Source of the DNA: Zancudomyces culisetae HAW-14-8
Taxonomy: Eukaryota > Fungi > Kickxellomycota
NCBI GenBank assembly: GCA_052426225.1
Contig: JBNJNM010000012.1
Coordinates: forward strand, 2,046,001-2,110,000
DNA: 64,000 nt
Direction of reading: 5' to 3'
Shown here: positions 1 to 13,400 of the stretch, piece by piece
How positions within the stretch are numbered: the stretch's first letter is position 1
Layout: each line of letters begins with the position of its first letter
Program-made: the position numbers and the translations under genes
The notes under the pieces: model-generated
Databases searched by the model: none
What the model was told of the DNA's origin: nothing
What the model saw: the letters and a program-made list of their open reading frames with translations, nothing else

Positions 1-1692
1 GGCCAATGTCTGTGCACACTCGCTGAATAGAGAGACAACTTGTTTGTTGCATTTTGATACAGTTTCGGCTGCTGAGTTTCCTGCAGCAACAGCAATACTG
101 TCGACTTGTGGAGGAGAAATCAGCTCACACTCTATTCCACAGAAGCGCTTAATCATATCCAACCAGTTTCCTTTTTGGGGTGTAAACAGTGTAATACACA
201 TTCCGCTTCTGCCAGCTCGGCCAGTTCTTCCTGATCGATGGATATATGTCTCGGCATCTCGTGGTGGTTCAGAGTTGATTACCAAATCAACCTCTGGAAT
301 GTCAAGTCCACGTGCAGCAACATCCGTGCATACCAAGAACCTGATGTCTGCCTGTCGGAACTGAGTCAGAGTCTGTTCTCTCAGCGCCTGTGTAATATCA
401 CCGTGGAGTGGCAATGCGTTTCCTTTGAGTTTTGGATGCGCAACCAGATTGTTGACCTCCACCTTTGTCTCTGCAAAAATAATTGCTCGGCCGTTCATTC
501 CATATACGGAAAGCAAGTCTGAAACAATATCATGATGTGCTGCCCACGAACACTGAATTGCCATGTGTTTGATCAACTCACTGGTCTTCAGTTTTTCCTT
601 GCCTATCAAATCTATCTTCACATAGTTCTTCATGAACTCTCCGACTACTTTGTGAACCCATTCGGGGACTGTTGCTGAAAACAACAATACCTGGTATTTC
701 CCTGTACGAGCTTCCCGTAGACTTTTCAACATTGCCTCCATGTCATCTTTAAATCCAATATCCAACATTTGATCGGCCTCATCCAAACACATAAACTCGA
801 CCTCCTTCAGGTTCAATCTACCTCTGTTAAGATGATCAAGAAGTCTTCCTGGGGTTCCTACAACTATATCCACTCCGCTTCTCAATCCTTGAACTTGCTG
901 GTCAATTGATGTTCCTCCATATATACACATCACTTTTAGTTTGTTGGTAATCGACTCAATCTCGCTGGCTACCTGCTTGGCGAGCTCTCTTGTTGGTGCC
1001 ATAATGATTGCTCTTGGTGGTCTGCCCCATTGTTGCTGTTGTCTCTGTCTTCCTCCACGGTTATATCCATTGTCATGTTTTTCTTCCTCATTGCTGCCAC
1101 TGCTTCCTAGCAGCTTTTGAATGATTGGCAATCCAAAACCAAGAGTCTTTCCTGTTCCTGTACGTGCCCTAGCAAGCACATCCTTGCCCTCCATAATTGG
1201 TGCAAGAACTGCTCTCTGGATTGGAAACAATATCTTGATTCCCTTGTTTTTCAACCCCTCTGTAATATCAGTTCTTAAACCATAGTTATCTACAGAATAT
1301 TCATCACTCTCTCCTTCTTCCTCTCCTTCATTGAGAATAATGTGTTCAATTGGTCCTATCTCTTCTTCTCCTATGTCCTCAGTCTCTTCAGTATTGCTAT
1401 CATCACTACTGTCGCTTTCCTCATCCACTTTTTGTCTTTTACTCTCTCTTTCTCCATTTTCACTACGCTTCTCACTCTTTGTCTTTTTTTCATCATCCGA
1501 GCTATCACTTTCACTGGATTGTTCACCAGATTTACGCTTCTTTCCATTCACTTTATCCTGCTTCTCTTTTGCTCTGTCTTTCTCTTTGCTTTCTTTATCA
1601 TGCTTGCTGCTCTTCTTGATCTTCTTGTCTGAGTCCTTCTTTTGTCTCTTTTCCTGGGTGGCTTTGCTCTTCTTTTCTGTTAGTTCTACCAT
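1..1692 (-). CDS. DDX21: Nucleolar DEAD-box RNA helicase, DDX21/DDX50 (RH-II/Gu) type; 3' end runs off the window
   Basis: Hand translation of the minus strand from ATG at 1692 (MVELTEKKSK...). Lys/Glu/Ser-rich N-terminus, then LFPIQ (Q motif), ARTGTGKT, PTRELAKQV, GTPGRLLD, LDEADQML, FSAT, LHGDITQ, TDVAARGLDIPEVDLV, YIHRSGRTGRAG. DEADQML and GLDIPEVDLV are typical of DDX21/50. Not in the ORF track because no stop lies in the window. Confidence 0.88.
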   Translation of the reverse strand, partial: MVELTEKKSKATQEKRQKKDSDKKIKKSSKHDKESKEKDRAKEKQDKVNGKKRKSGEQSSESDSSDDEKKTKSEKRSENGERESKRQKVDEESDSSDDSNTEETEDIGEEEIGPIEHIILNEGEEEGESDEYSVDNYGLRTDITEGLKNKGIKILFPIQRAVLAPIMEGKDVLARARTGTGKTLGFGLPIIQKLLGSSGSNEEEKHDNGYNRGGRQRQQQQWGRPPRAIIMAPTRELAKQVASEIESITNKLKVMCIYGGTSIDQQVQGLRSGVDIVVGTPGRLLDHLNRGRLNLKEVEFMCLDEADQMLDIGFKDDMEAMLKSLREARTGKYQVLLFSATVPEWVHKVVGEFMKNYVKIDLIGKEKLKTSELIKHMAIQCSWAAHHDIVSDLLSVYGMNGRAIIFAETKVEVNNLVAHPKLKGNALPLHGDITQALREQTLTQFRQADIRFLVCTDVAARGLDIPEVDLVINSEPPRDAETYIHRSGRTGRAGRSGMCITLFTPQKGNWLDMIKRFCGIECELISPPQVDSIAVAAGNSAAETVSKCNKQVVSLFSECAQTLA

Positions 1693-1730
1693 TTTGTTCT
1701 TGCTTGCGCTCTTGTTTCTTGCTTTGGTTT

Positions 1731-1866
1731 CTGATATGAATGTATGGGTATTATTGATTAATATTTTCAAATACAAATATATAAATTCTTCTATCTACAA
1801 TATTTACAAGCTTTTCTTTTTTTCTTCCTTTTGTACTAAAGTTTTACTCAAGACATGCATATATAC
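1731..1866 (-). other. Putative 5'-UTR intron of the DEAD-box helicase gene
   Basis: Minus strand AG|GTATAT donor at 1866 and ATCAG| acceptor at 1731, about 40 nt upstream of the ATG; size matches other introns in the window. Confidence 0.45.
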
Positions 1867-1895
1867 CTCTATTCCCAATACAAACTCTACTAAAT

Positions 1896-1982
1896 AAAAT
1901 TTTTTCACTACATTCGTTCGCTAATTACCACTGAAAATTTTTTTTTTTTTTTTTTACAGAAAAAATTTTTTAGGTGAAAAAT
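1896..1982. promoter_or_regulatory. Cluster of RRPE-like (TGAAAAWTTTT) motifs upstream of the nucleolar helicase gene
   Basis: AAAATTTTTTCA (1896-1907), TGAAAATTTT (1932-1941), GAAAAAATTTTTT (1959-1971), TGAAAAAT (1975-1982). These match the rRNA-processing element of yeast ribosome-biogenesis promoters. Confidence 0.5.
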
Positions 1983-2210
1983 CACGATCTAAATCAATTA
2001 GGTATAGGTATTCGCACTTTCGCACTAAATACATTTGTCTACACTAAAAAAAATATTCAGCTGAAAGCAGCTATTAACCTCCAACCACCACCTACAACTA
2101 TCACGGGCTTATTACATAATGTAATTTGAGAAACACCAGAAGAACACCAAAAAATCATCGGAACGACAAATCCCAAGTTCAGGTTCGCTCAGCTTGTGAG
2201 TTTCCATATT

Positions 2211-3632
2211 TTACATATCCTCCTCTTTGCTTAGGCGTGTCTTCCTCTGTTGTAGTCTATCATACAGAGTTGTTGCACCAGCATTGTTATATACAGAATT
2301 GGTAACTTCCTCAAGATATTTGGTTGTGGTTCCCCGTTTTGCATGTCTAATTCTTTCTTCATCCAGCAGCTTGCTTTCCTTCGTTTCCTCCTTTTCGATA
2401 TGCTCGATGTAATCTTTTCTGCTCTTTTCAACTGCATGTGCGTTTTTCGTCATCTCAAGTAACAATTTTTCTCGCCTCTCTTTTCTTTCCTGTTCATAAT
2501 CGTGACTGTTGGCGCTAGTGTCATTCTTCTTGATTCTATCACTGTAAGAAGTACCACCGTCCCTGCTATATTGCCTTTCTTCGGTTTGACTCCCTCTAGA
2601 GCCAGTATGATCATGGGAGTTACGGTGAGATGAATATCTATCATCGCGCGCGTCTTTTCGATATTTCGAGCTGTGTGAGCTTTTGCTGCCATACCTGTTT
2701 TCAACAGGCGATCGTGATCTAGATTGGGAAGCGGACCTTGATCTCCCTCCTCTGTATCGACGATGTCTGCTGGGCTCATAATGCCTCTTTTCCTCTCCAT
2801 TTTCATCAGAATATTTGCGATGCCTCTTGTTTTTATCTAGATGCTGATCTGTGTCTGAATCCGTATCCTCATGGCGTCTCCGTTTATATCTATCATTGTC
2901 TTTTTCCTGCTTTGTTTCGCCTTTGTATGTTTTGTTTTTTTCGCGTTTTCCATCTCTATCCCTCTCATCTTCCTTGTGTCTCCTGTGTTTTCTCTCTTTT
3001 CTATCGCCTCTATCTTCTCTATCTCTATTTCGATCCCTATCCCTATCCCTATCTCTACCCTTATCCTTTCCATTTTCTTTTGTCTTTAATCTCTTTTTTG
3101 CTTCGTTTTTTTTGTGAATCTCGTTCATCTTTAGCGGGTTTTTCAATATTGACTGAATAACCTCTTTTTCCTTTTGTCGAATCATAAACAACGGATCTTC
3201 TCTGTTTTTCGCGTGCGTATCTCGCTCATTGTTTGCGTTTCTGTTTGAAAACTCAAACCCCTTTGCTCCACCAGTTACTTTAAATTTATCATCTAGCTGT
3301 TGCAACTCATTTTCAGCCTTGGCCACCAGAATCTTGTCAATGGACTTCTTGCCCAGCAGATACGCCTCTAATTCCTCAGAAACTGGCTGACCACCATTTG
3401 CTGTTGGCGCCGTATACATCCATTCCAGCCGGTTACTAGCCTTTCGATGCCCTGTCGCCTCTTGTAATCTTTGAAATTCCTCGCGCTCCTTTTCTCTGGC
3501 CAACTCCTTCTGCATCTGTTCAATCTTTTTTCTTTCTGCCTCGGCTTTTTGTTTTTCCTTCCATATTCTCTCTTGATTTTTGTACGTCAGCGGATGCCAT
3601 GACTTTTTTAAATTCAAATCTCCTCCTCCCAT
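2211..3632 (-). CDS. CWC25: Pre-mRNA splicing factor CWC25
   Basis: 473-aa ORF starting MGGGDLNLKKSWHP (Cir_N/CWC25 signature), with LEWMY, EAYLLGK and REDPL motifs and an RS/RD-rich C-terminal half. Confidence 0.95.
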   Translation of the reverse strand: MGGGDLNLKKSWHPLTYKNQERIWKEKQKAEAERKKIEQMQKELAREKEREEFQRLQEATGHRKASNRLEWMYTAPTANGGQPVSEELEAYLLGKKSIDKILVAKAENELQQLDDKFKVTGGAKGFEFSNRNANNERDTHAKNREDPLFMIRQKEKEVIQSILKNPLKMNEIHKKNEAKKRLKTKENGKDKGRDRDRDRDRNRDREDRGDRKERKHRRHKEDERDRDGKREKNKTYKGETKQEKDNDRYKRRRHEDTDSDTDQHLDKNKRHRKYSDENGEEKRHYEPSRHRRYRGGRSRSASQSRSRSPVENRYGSKSSHSSKYRKDARDDRYSSHRNSHDHTGSRGSQTEERQYSRDGGTSYSDRIKKNDTSANSHDYEQERKERREKLLLEMTKNAHAVEKSRKDYIEHIEKEETKESKLLDEERIRHAKRGTTTKYLEEVTNSVYNNAGATTLYDRLQQRKTRLSKEEDM

Positions 3633-4470
3633 TTTGTGATTAACACTAATATGTTATTGTTTTCCAGCTGATCCTGTATTTCCTTGTTTCTAATTTAGGA
3701 TACCCTTTGAATGTTGAATTGAATTAAGCCTAATTTCTTCAAAATACTGCAAAAATACAATTTGGCAGTTAGCGGGAAAGAACCCAGGAATATCTCATAT
3801 TTTTGCCAAACACGCTACCTTTCCTCCAATAGAACTTCATTTTTTGTTTTAGCGAATGGAACAGTAGAAAGCATTTTCCGAATTTTCGATGGTCACATGG
3901 TGAATTGAATTTTAGACTAAATGTCCCAGGATTTGGGCGTCAACTTTTCCAACTACATTCTTTTTTCCGTAATTTTACGTGTTTTTTTTGGGGGGGGGGA
4001 GAATCTTTCAACTTTGCAGAAAAACAATCTTGAAAGAAAAAAAAGCTTTTAGAAAAATAGTATATGTTTCTGTTAACTGCCTTTTTTAATTTGTTTGGAT
4101 TTGGACAATTTCATCCAGTCATTTCGGTTGCGGGACAGAAAAAAATCATTAAATCAAAAAAATTTGTCTGTATTCAAGAAAAAAAAAATCCTGTACAAAG
4201 GTACATTCTTTAGGTTATTTTTCAAAGGTACTATTATAACCATATGCAAAAACGTTCCTTAAAAGATAAGCAGTAAACTATAAACCACAGGAAAACGAAA
4301 AGAACTGAGGCAAAATAGGAGTCATAGGGTTACGACTTTTTACATATCTTTGCTTCCTAAACACTAGTAAATTTGAAAGATTCAAAGTCCCAGCAAATAA
4401 CAAAAAACTAAAAGCAAAGAATCTGGAGTTAAAGTTAAAAATCGGGATCGAAAAAATAAAAGAATTGTAA

Positions 4471-7400
4471 ATGGACGATTTGTTGTTATATTTAAAATCA
4501 GAAATAGAGCTAGACGGGTTTCCTGGGTCTAAACCCAACAAAATATGGGAATATGTAAACACTTATTACAATGAAGCTGGAAAAAACCAGACAGCAAAGA
4601 AAGTCACAGTCGAACGTGAGGCGCGATTCAAGAAAGTAAATAAAAAGCCAAGCGTATCTGACCTAGAGCAACATGTAGAGGTAGACGACAACTTCAAGGC
4701 ATACTTGTGGCCGCTAATTTTGAGAATTCCGGGAGTGTACTTCAATAAAAATGGTGCAATGGTACAGGATAACCGAACTATAGAGGATGGTGGGACTGGT
4801 GTGCAGATGAGTAGGGCATCTATGAAATACAGTAAAGAGGAGGAGATGGAATACGTAGCCAAGGCATCACTCAGTGGGATATATAAAACCTTGCTTGGGA
4901 AAGAAAATGGGATACATGAAGTATTAGTTAGTAAAAACTCGATGCTTCTGCTACAGTTGATATCGAGAGCAAGATCTGGTGGAGTTACACAGGTACAACT
5001 AGGCTTTATGACAAAGATCGATGCCAGATCGATATTTCACTATTTGAAAACGCTCGAGAAATTTGGCTTGATTAAGAAACTCTCCATTTATGACACTTCT
5101 GCTAGTGCAAACACAAATTTAGTTGTATTGAGTAGGTTTTACAACTCTTCGATTGGTAATAAACGAGTATCTTCAAATACAAAGATGGAGGAGGGCTTCG
5201 ACACCAACCTCAAATCAAAATCAAAATCAAAGCCTACAGCCGAATTAGAAAGCGAAAATGATACCACAGAGGGTGTGGATGGAAATCTGCAACCTTCACA
5301 TGACTTTTTGAGAAGTGAAGTACGAGATCAGATAATACAGCTATTATCGAAAGCCAAGAATAATACACTGGTTACAGATGATCTTTTGCAAATGATAGGG
5401 CTCAGCCTAACAAACAAAACCCATAGGCGGTTTTTCAACCGACTAGCGCTTAGTATGGAGTCTAGAGATGTTGTATTACAGTACAAAGCTAAAATATTAA
5501 AGCCAAAGGGATTGGTCGACCTTGAGATTAAAGCTGGAAAAAAAAACGTTTCAGCCTCTTATATTAAGCGGGTAATCACACTCAGTAAAGATTATAAAAG
5601 CAAGATTAGCAGTAAAGATTTTAAAGAATCTAACTCTGATATTGAAAGCGATACTAGTGATTCTGAAAATGAAAATGATAATGATAATGAAATTGGAAGT
5701 GGAAGTGGCGGAGAGGAGGAAAAAGGAGAAGAACAGGAATGCGGATATCATAGTGGAATTGTAGAGAAGGGGACAATAGAGACCATTGATGACGAAACTC
5801 GTGATCTTCTTGGGGCCATGGGGGCTTGGTCTCGCGGCTCAGTTAGGTCTGTTTCTTTAGAACATCAGATTTTAGCGCTGGCATACTTGGCAGGAGAAAA
5901 CGGTATTACTGTTCGTATACTTCGGTATATCCTTGTTGAGGCATCCTATAAGGCTACTGTTAGAGTGTTGAATAAGTTTACCAAAAAGAGTGGCCCTTGC
6001 GAACCAATATTCGTCAGTATTTTAGAATTTAAGGGCAAAGAAAGCAGATATAGATATTTTGTGGCACCAGAGATAAAAGAAAAAGTAATACGTTTTTTAT
6101 CACCAGGACTAATCCATACTAAGTCAAGGTCTCTTGGTGTTGATCTCACCGAATTGGGTGAAGTCGAGCCTCTTGGGCCAATTTCAAAAGCTCGGGATAA
6201 AGCCAAGTCTGTGTGTGGAACACAGATGGCAGATAGAGCAGTAAGTATTGAAGTGGGTGGTCAGGAACCAATGGATACCGGTACAACTACTGAGCAGCCA
6301 ACAGCTGATTCTGCAGAACCTGGTAAGATTAAATGGTTGGTGTTTACATATGGACATCTCCGCAAGGTTCTTAAGCACACCAAGACATTTCATTTATCGC
6401 GCTTAATAAGAGAACAAGTACTCTTGGATTTGCTAAAAAAGCATAAAATCTTTGATTTGTCACGCATGATGAATGATGTGATTTCTTATAAAGCCAACAA
6501 ATATATTGAGTTGTTGAAAAACGATAAAGTCGAGCTAAAAATAGACTTTGATACTGGATCGGACGGTGTTTCTGCCAAAGAGCTACAAATGGACAAGGAG
6601 AGACTAAAAGGGCTATATCAAACTCTCTCCTTAAAGATGGTGCAACTTTTGGAACCAAAAAAATTTGTTCTGTGCAAACGAACAGTCAAAAATTGTATCA
6701 GAGGGCTAAAAGATATGGGTTATGGGCATATCCGCGTTCTATACATAAAATATGACAGTTCTGGGGTTACATTTTATAATGATTCAAAGATACAAAAAAA
6801 GGTTGAACCGATCGGCGAGTCCGAACGGCTAGACTATCTGGACAACTTTGGAGTCCGAAAGTCTTTCAACAATGTTGGAAAACCTGCGGAAAGAGTTTTG
6901 TTTATTAATAGTTCACTGGCTCCTGATGGCAAGGAAGTCGCAGACTATATAAAAGCTATGAAAGATAAATCGCTTCAGTTTGTAACAAGCTACGATGTTT
7001 TTAAGATTATACCCACTCTTAACACTGCACCAATAGTTGTAGAACGACCTGCTGGTGTTAATGAAGAACTTTTTGCATCGGCTTCTACACCGAATACTAA
7101 GAAAAGATCGCTTTTGAGCTTGGAGGAAGAGGCATCGCCATCTGCGACCCCAAAATCAAAGAAAATGAGAACCCTTGACGGAGCTACATCTGTTTCGCCT
7201 TCTCCTTCTTCTTCACCCTCGCACTCGCATTCGCACTCACACTCAGATTTGGATCCATACTCGTTCTCTACCACTACTGTTTCAGGTCGCAACTCACTTG
7301 GTTCTGCTCAAGCTGGCGGTTATTTGTCCAAAAATGCAAGAATCAGACTACAGCTTCTTGTTCGTAACCAATATGTCACCTCCAAGATGGTTAGAAGCAA

Positions 7401-10400
7401 GATACTACACGAGTTTTTGACTGAACGGGTTTTAAACTCAAAACCAGACAATCAACGACTATTTTCTCATGGGCGGTTTTTATCGCAGTACTTGTTTTAC
7501 TCTATTCCACTACAGTTACTATTCAAATTGATACCCAGTTGTCATATCGGAAACGAAATGAAAAAATTTTTGCATGGAGAATACGACGATCTGCTAGAAA
7601 TAGTGCCAGGGAGTAGGTTGGCTCGAGCATTAGGTGCAGAAGGCAAAGTTGGGTACATGGCTATTACGTCTAGAATGGAGCTGACTTTATCCAAGATACC
7701 TCGCTCTGTTACTCGGGAGTTTTTGTTTAAAAACAATAAATTGAAACAGTTTTTGCAAATTCCATTGGGGGTGTTGATCAGGTTAGAGCTGTTGAGACCC
7801 ATTGAAGATAACGATGAACTCTTTGGAGACGAGTTACCAAAAAGACTTGAAAAAAGCTCGTTTGATAGTAACGAGCAGGCAAAACTGTTGGATTTAAGTT
7901 TTCTCAGTATTTCAAACTTGAAATCCCGATACTCTCACGTACAAGGGCAACAACTTGACCAAGTAGAAAATTATATTAACACTCAAAGTGTACCTGAAAA
8001 GCAGAATGAAAATTCAAAAGCTCAGTTAGCCCGTTTTACTGATGCTTCAGTTGCGAGTTTAAATAAAAGTACAAGTGGGAATACTGATGATAACGAATAC
8101 AAAGAAAGTGCAGATAATAACGATGATGTTGCTGAGCTTCATCATGGCGCAAGAAATGAGCTCTGGTACGATAAGATAGATGTTAGCAAATTCGAAAAGT
8201 TTAAACGACAGCGAGCTTGGATGGCACTACCTAAACTTTCCACGGGATACCAGCTAATGTCAAGTGTCACAATGAGAGATCACAGATTGCAAACTACACT
8301 GCCGCCTTATTTACCCAAATCTACATCTACCTATAACTTTACTGGCAATCCATTATCTGTGCAGAGTTTCTGGAGAGATTTGGAAGCGCTATCACTTGCA
8401 AAAACCATGAGATCCATGGATACTGACAGCATACCAACTGAGAACTACCGAGATAAACGCGATCCACTGTATACAATGTCTAATCCACTTTGTTGGCGAC
8501 TGTTTCTTCGGATTTCAGGGTATCAAAAGGAAATACTGCGGCAAAAGATCGATTTTGAAGGCAAAACGGTACCAAAAGATGAGGAGTGCGTGGTTTTGGC
8601 TCAAGAAACAAACTTGGATTTTACAGTCGTCAAAGCTTTTTACAAAAAGTACCAAACCCAATGGATGAGAGAAGAAAACCATGAGAAAAAACGCAAACTC
8701 AACTCAGTCCACGTTGTAGATGCATCGGCCAAAGACAAAGAAGGACATGAAATGAGAAAACGAAAGCTCCAAGTGGGGTTAATGGAGCACTATCGCCGAA
8801 AACGAACAAGGCTTCTCTCGAAACATGGAATTGATGCTAAATCTTTGAGCTTAAGAGATAGAAATCTGATACATAGGCGATTAAAGAAAGTGGAGGTTAC
8901 AGAAGAGCTGAGGCGACTCAAAGATGAGATTGTGCGTCTGCTAAAGATCAAAGATAGTACCAAACTTTTGGAACACGGGAACCAAGGCGATATAGCTGGT
9001 GCCCAGGGCGATGAAAAACAAAGACTGAGTCATATTGGGAGTGAATCAAGTGCTGGGCCTACTACTAGTCGCAATTCGAATAAGAGGGACGAAAAACATT
9101 TTGAAAAACTATCAGCCTTATCAAATTCTCTAACTATAAACGCCTCGAATGTTCTCAAAAGCATGGATAGTATAAAGGCACTGAGAGAGCAATTTATCAG
9201 CCTTGCGCACGGTAAAGACGGGTCATACGATCAAACACTGATTTCTTCCTCAACATCTGACTGGTTTCATGTTCTTTCTACAAAGGTCATGACTGAGCAG
9301 CACAAAAATGTTATGAGCCTATGGAGTGGAAACCCCCAGATCAATAACCTCACAAAGGAAGACGTAAATATGATTTTAACTGACCGCGTATATTTTGAAT
9401 TGGGAGAATTATTGACAAAAGTAGCTAATGCACAGGCAGGAAACTCCAGTTTATTAGACAACAGTGAATCATCCATCTTTACAGCCGATCTGTATGATAA
9501 TACTGATCTCGCATTAACATCGGGTGATGGCCGGGCTGCTCCCCTTACAAGAGCATGCTGGACATTGATAGATTCAAATCGGCTACTTATTGCGATAGTT
9601 GTGTTAAATTATTACCACAAGAAGAGGGTTATTCCATTCATGTGGAAACTGATAAGCTTGGCGTTTGATGATAACTTTGATAAGTTTGACTCTGATAGGG
9701 TTAGGAAGCGATTTCTTCATTTAATGAAATACCGAGCAAACGAAGAATATTATATGAAGTTGACTATGCTTATTGACAAAATACGACCTCTTGCTGAGGA
9801 ACTTGGGATTTTGTCCGATTTAACATTTTATAACAAAAAATATTCGTCTCCTTCATACATTCGACAAAGCAAAGAGTTTGTCTACAAATACAAAAATGAA
9901 GTGGATTACAACGATCGGTATTATAGCTCTGGTGAAGAAAGCGAAAATGAGAGAGTTGGCATTGCGAATATAAATGGGGATCGAGACCAAGCTCGGGATA
10001 AGGATAAGGATAACGATAAGGATAAGGATTGGGGTTGGGGTGGTGGAGAAAAAAGAACAAAGACCCGGGCTAGTATGGATAGTAACCTCAACAACAGTGA
10101 TGAGGATCAGGATGAGGATGGTGCCGAATTAGACCTTGGTGTATTGAACGATTCAGACAGAGAGGAATCATACGCCAATGATGAGAATAACGATCCTGTT
10201 AATGGTGGCTATGACTCTGATGGTATTAACGAACCTGTAAACTATATCAGATTATACAAAAACCAAAACAAACATTACTCCTATTCAGCCATCACTGCTG
10301 AACAAATTGTTGAGCTCAACATATTTGGCGAAATCAATTACTTTGTTGGGTTTATATTTGAGCTGGGCTTGCCAAACATTCTAAGAGTCTTTGGTGAGGC

Positions 10401-13400
10401 TTATATGGATACCTCTTCCATGGCAAGGTTTCACAGGAGTGTGAGAGGAGACATGGTATGCACATCTGGTGATGAATTTTCTGATTCAACCAGAACTGAT
10501 ATTGTGCATGGAAGTGTTGATGGTCGTAGCTTGGATACCCGAACCTTTGCGAATAAGATCAATCTCCCTTCATCTACTAATATGATTTACGAAATGTATG
10601 ATGTTGATCTCGTTCCCTATCTAATTAAAAAGGCTAGGTATGACTATTCCTGTCACATTTTTAAATACCGCGAACACGATAAACAGATTGGCAACATCAA
10701 TGATGAAGGTGTGGATCAAACTGTAGATAAAGTCAACAATAATGATAAAGCCATTGATAATGATAGCGATTTAGAGGGCTACGAAAACCGCCAGAGGCCA
10801 GGATTGGGACAAAGAGGAAAAACCAATAACGACGAAGATGATGATGAAAATGGAAAAGACGAAGATGATGAGAGTGGATATGCCAAGCGACAGTCAGCTG
10901 TAGATAATGAGAGGGAAGACGCCGACTACTTTGATGCTACTCTAAAAGACGCCACAAACACATATAGTGAGGACATAATTAATAGCCGGGTTTCCAGTCG
11001 ATCTCAATATATTGCATCACTTGGGTTTATGCAGACTTTGAAGGTGTTTTTCTTCAGTAATTTTGACTTTACAAACAAGTCGATCGTTACTCATCGCATT
11101 TCTAAAAAAATAGCCAACTTGCATTGTGATAATAATTCTGGCGGCACCGTTGATACTACTGGTACCGCTATTTCAAAGTCAAGGATTGATAAGCTACTAA
11201 CCACTTGGCAACAATTAGGCGGAACAATACGAGACGCTGGTGACTTTATTGAGCTTAGCACCAACAACTTTGGCAGGTCAAACATCAAAAAATTAGGTCA
11301 ATCTGGTCATGATATCCCTGTTTTAGGCGATAGCAGTACACACTATGGTTTCGGAGCTGGAAACGTCAACTCTGAAAGTCAAAGTGGCAGTGAAGCTGAA
11401 GAATATTGCGGTACTATAGCTAATACTGGTGGTACCACTCTGCTAAATACACAATATGCTTTTCAACACAATTCTGCGGCTCATACTCCGCGTATTATTG
11501 ATAGATTCTCTGATTTTTATCCAATAATCCAAGATGGCACCCACTTTTTGATTCATTATGAAAACTCAGCGGGTAAGAAACAGGGTACTAATACTACAAA
11601 CAAAGAAAGCATTAGAACATCCGCTATTACTAAACAAAACGATGGTTCTCAGAATGGAATCGACCACTTGACTAAAAGTTTCAGTTATACCGATTTTTAT
11701 CCATTACATTCACAGATCGATACGTATCTCAGGATTGGTGCCATCCAGTCGCTCTACATTTCTTTGTTATTAACAATCGACTCTGATTACAACTCTATCT
11801 CTACCTATGAGACGCTTAATTTTCATGCCAACCTTCCATATTACGAATTACATACCAGCATTCCGTTTGGGAAAATAGATGCTATGGAAAGCTTAGACAG
11901 AGCCATTTTGTCTCAAGGCAATGGTTATAGCGGTAATTATTCACGGACACTTGCACCCGAATCTACCATGGCGCTTGTTATCGATATCCTTAATGACAAT
12001 AGTTTGATTGCAAAGAACCGAGGAACTGACGCTCGATACAGATACCGAAGGTTTTTGAAAAACCAATACCAATCGATGAGCTTCAACGCCTTTTTTTCAG
12101 GTAATACAACAGTTACCAGCACTGAAAATGGCGCTGGAGCTAAACCTGGTCTTGGTGCCAATGAACGCAAAATTCTCAAACTTGCAGAAACCCTGGGCAA
12201 TAAGATCAAAGTGGCTGGGTTGGGTTACGTTATCAAACCTAAGAGTGGAGATTCCGAGGCGAATTCCTACTATAGCTACAACACATCAACCAAAAAAATC
12301 ACTCAAAGCATGTATGGGTTGGATCCTAAAAGAATTACTTCATATCTGCTGAATGTGGTGTGCTTCACCGGGTCCGTCAAGGGGTATCGGCTTAGTGAAA
12401 GCTTTATTTCGTCACTATCCTCGACGTATACAAACAACAAATTTACTTATCAAAAGGAGTTTGCGGCCTTTTTCTTCAGAAACCTGCTAGAAAAAATCAC
12501 AGGGCCCTTATCAAGCCATACTGATATTTACATCACTCCTGAACTCTTGTCTGGTGGTGAGTATAGTCTTTTTGTAGAATTGGCGACCAACCGATTACTC
12601 GATTTTGAGCTGCTTTCCAAATATGATTTTAGCCAAAAAGGACTTGATGTGAGTGCAAATTCTCTCAGTGTTTGTATTGATAACACGAATCTATCCGTTA
12701 TTCCTTTAAAAGCCTCCTTGCCATCACCAGGACTATCCTCTGAGCCATCCGCACTTTCAGCCTCTGGAAACTTCTTTGGAGTATCAACAGCCAACTTGTC
12801 CCCAACGAAAAATGTTCAATTCGAGAATATTGATGAATCTATGCTTGGTGATTTACTAAACTTAGTGTCCCAGTGTATTTACAATTCTGGTGTGCTTGGG
12901 TTGACTCTTTTGGAGCTCAAAGTATCTGTGCTGTTGAATTCACCACCTTGTGATTTTCTCTGTGACGAGTTGTTGGTTTTCTGTGTTGAAACGCTCAACA
13001 TGTCAAGAGATCGATTGAATTACTTTGTACAATCAGGTGTTACCACTAAGGCACATTCGAGCGATGGTGGCGATGGTGGCGATGGTGGAGATGGTGGAAA
13101 TGGTGATTTTGAACCAGGATATAGACACAAAGCCGTTTTTGGATCGTTTATACTTGATTCTACCACTTGTATATACCAAGTGGGATACAACGATCCCAGA
13201 TATATCTCACCTATATACATTCCCTATTGGTCAGTTATACACACACCAGCAAAGAGTGTAGTTTTACCCGCACACACACGTTACTCCAATAGCGATGGTC
13301 TTGTTACCACTGACTATACTACAGCTGATTGTAACAGTGATACTATTTCCACCACTACCGAGACTGGTAACGACAGTAACGCTCTTCCTGAAACAAGCAG

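Noticed and set aside
44-1897. Plus-strand ORFs of 89-188 aa in the track
   Set aside because: They are antisense shadows of the minus-strand DEAD-box helicase CDS; their hydrophobic look comes from reverse-complemented Lys/Glu codons.
3690-3706. GTATCCT on the minus strand resembling a U12-type donor upstream of CWC25
   Set aside because: The consensus continues TT but here it is A, and there is no TCCTTAAC branch site downstream.
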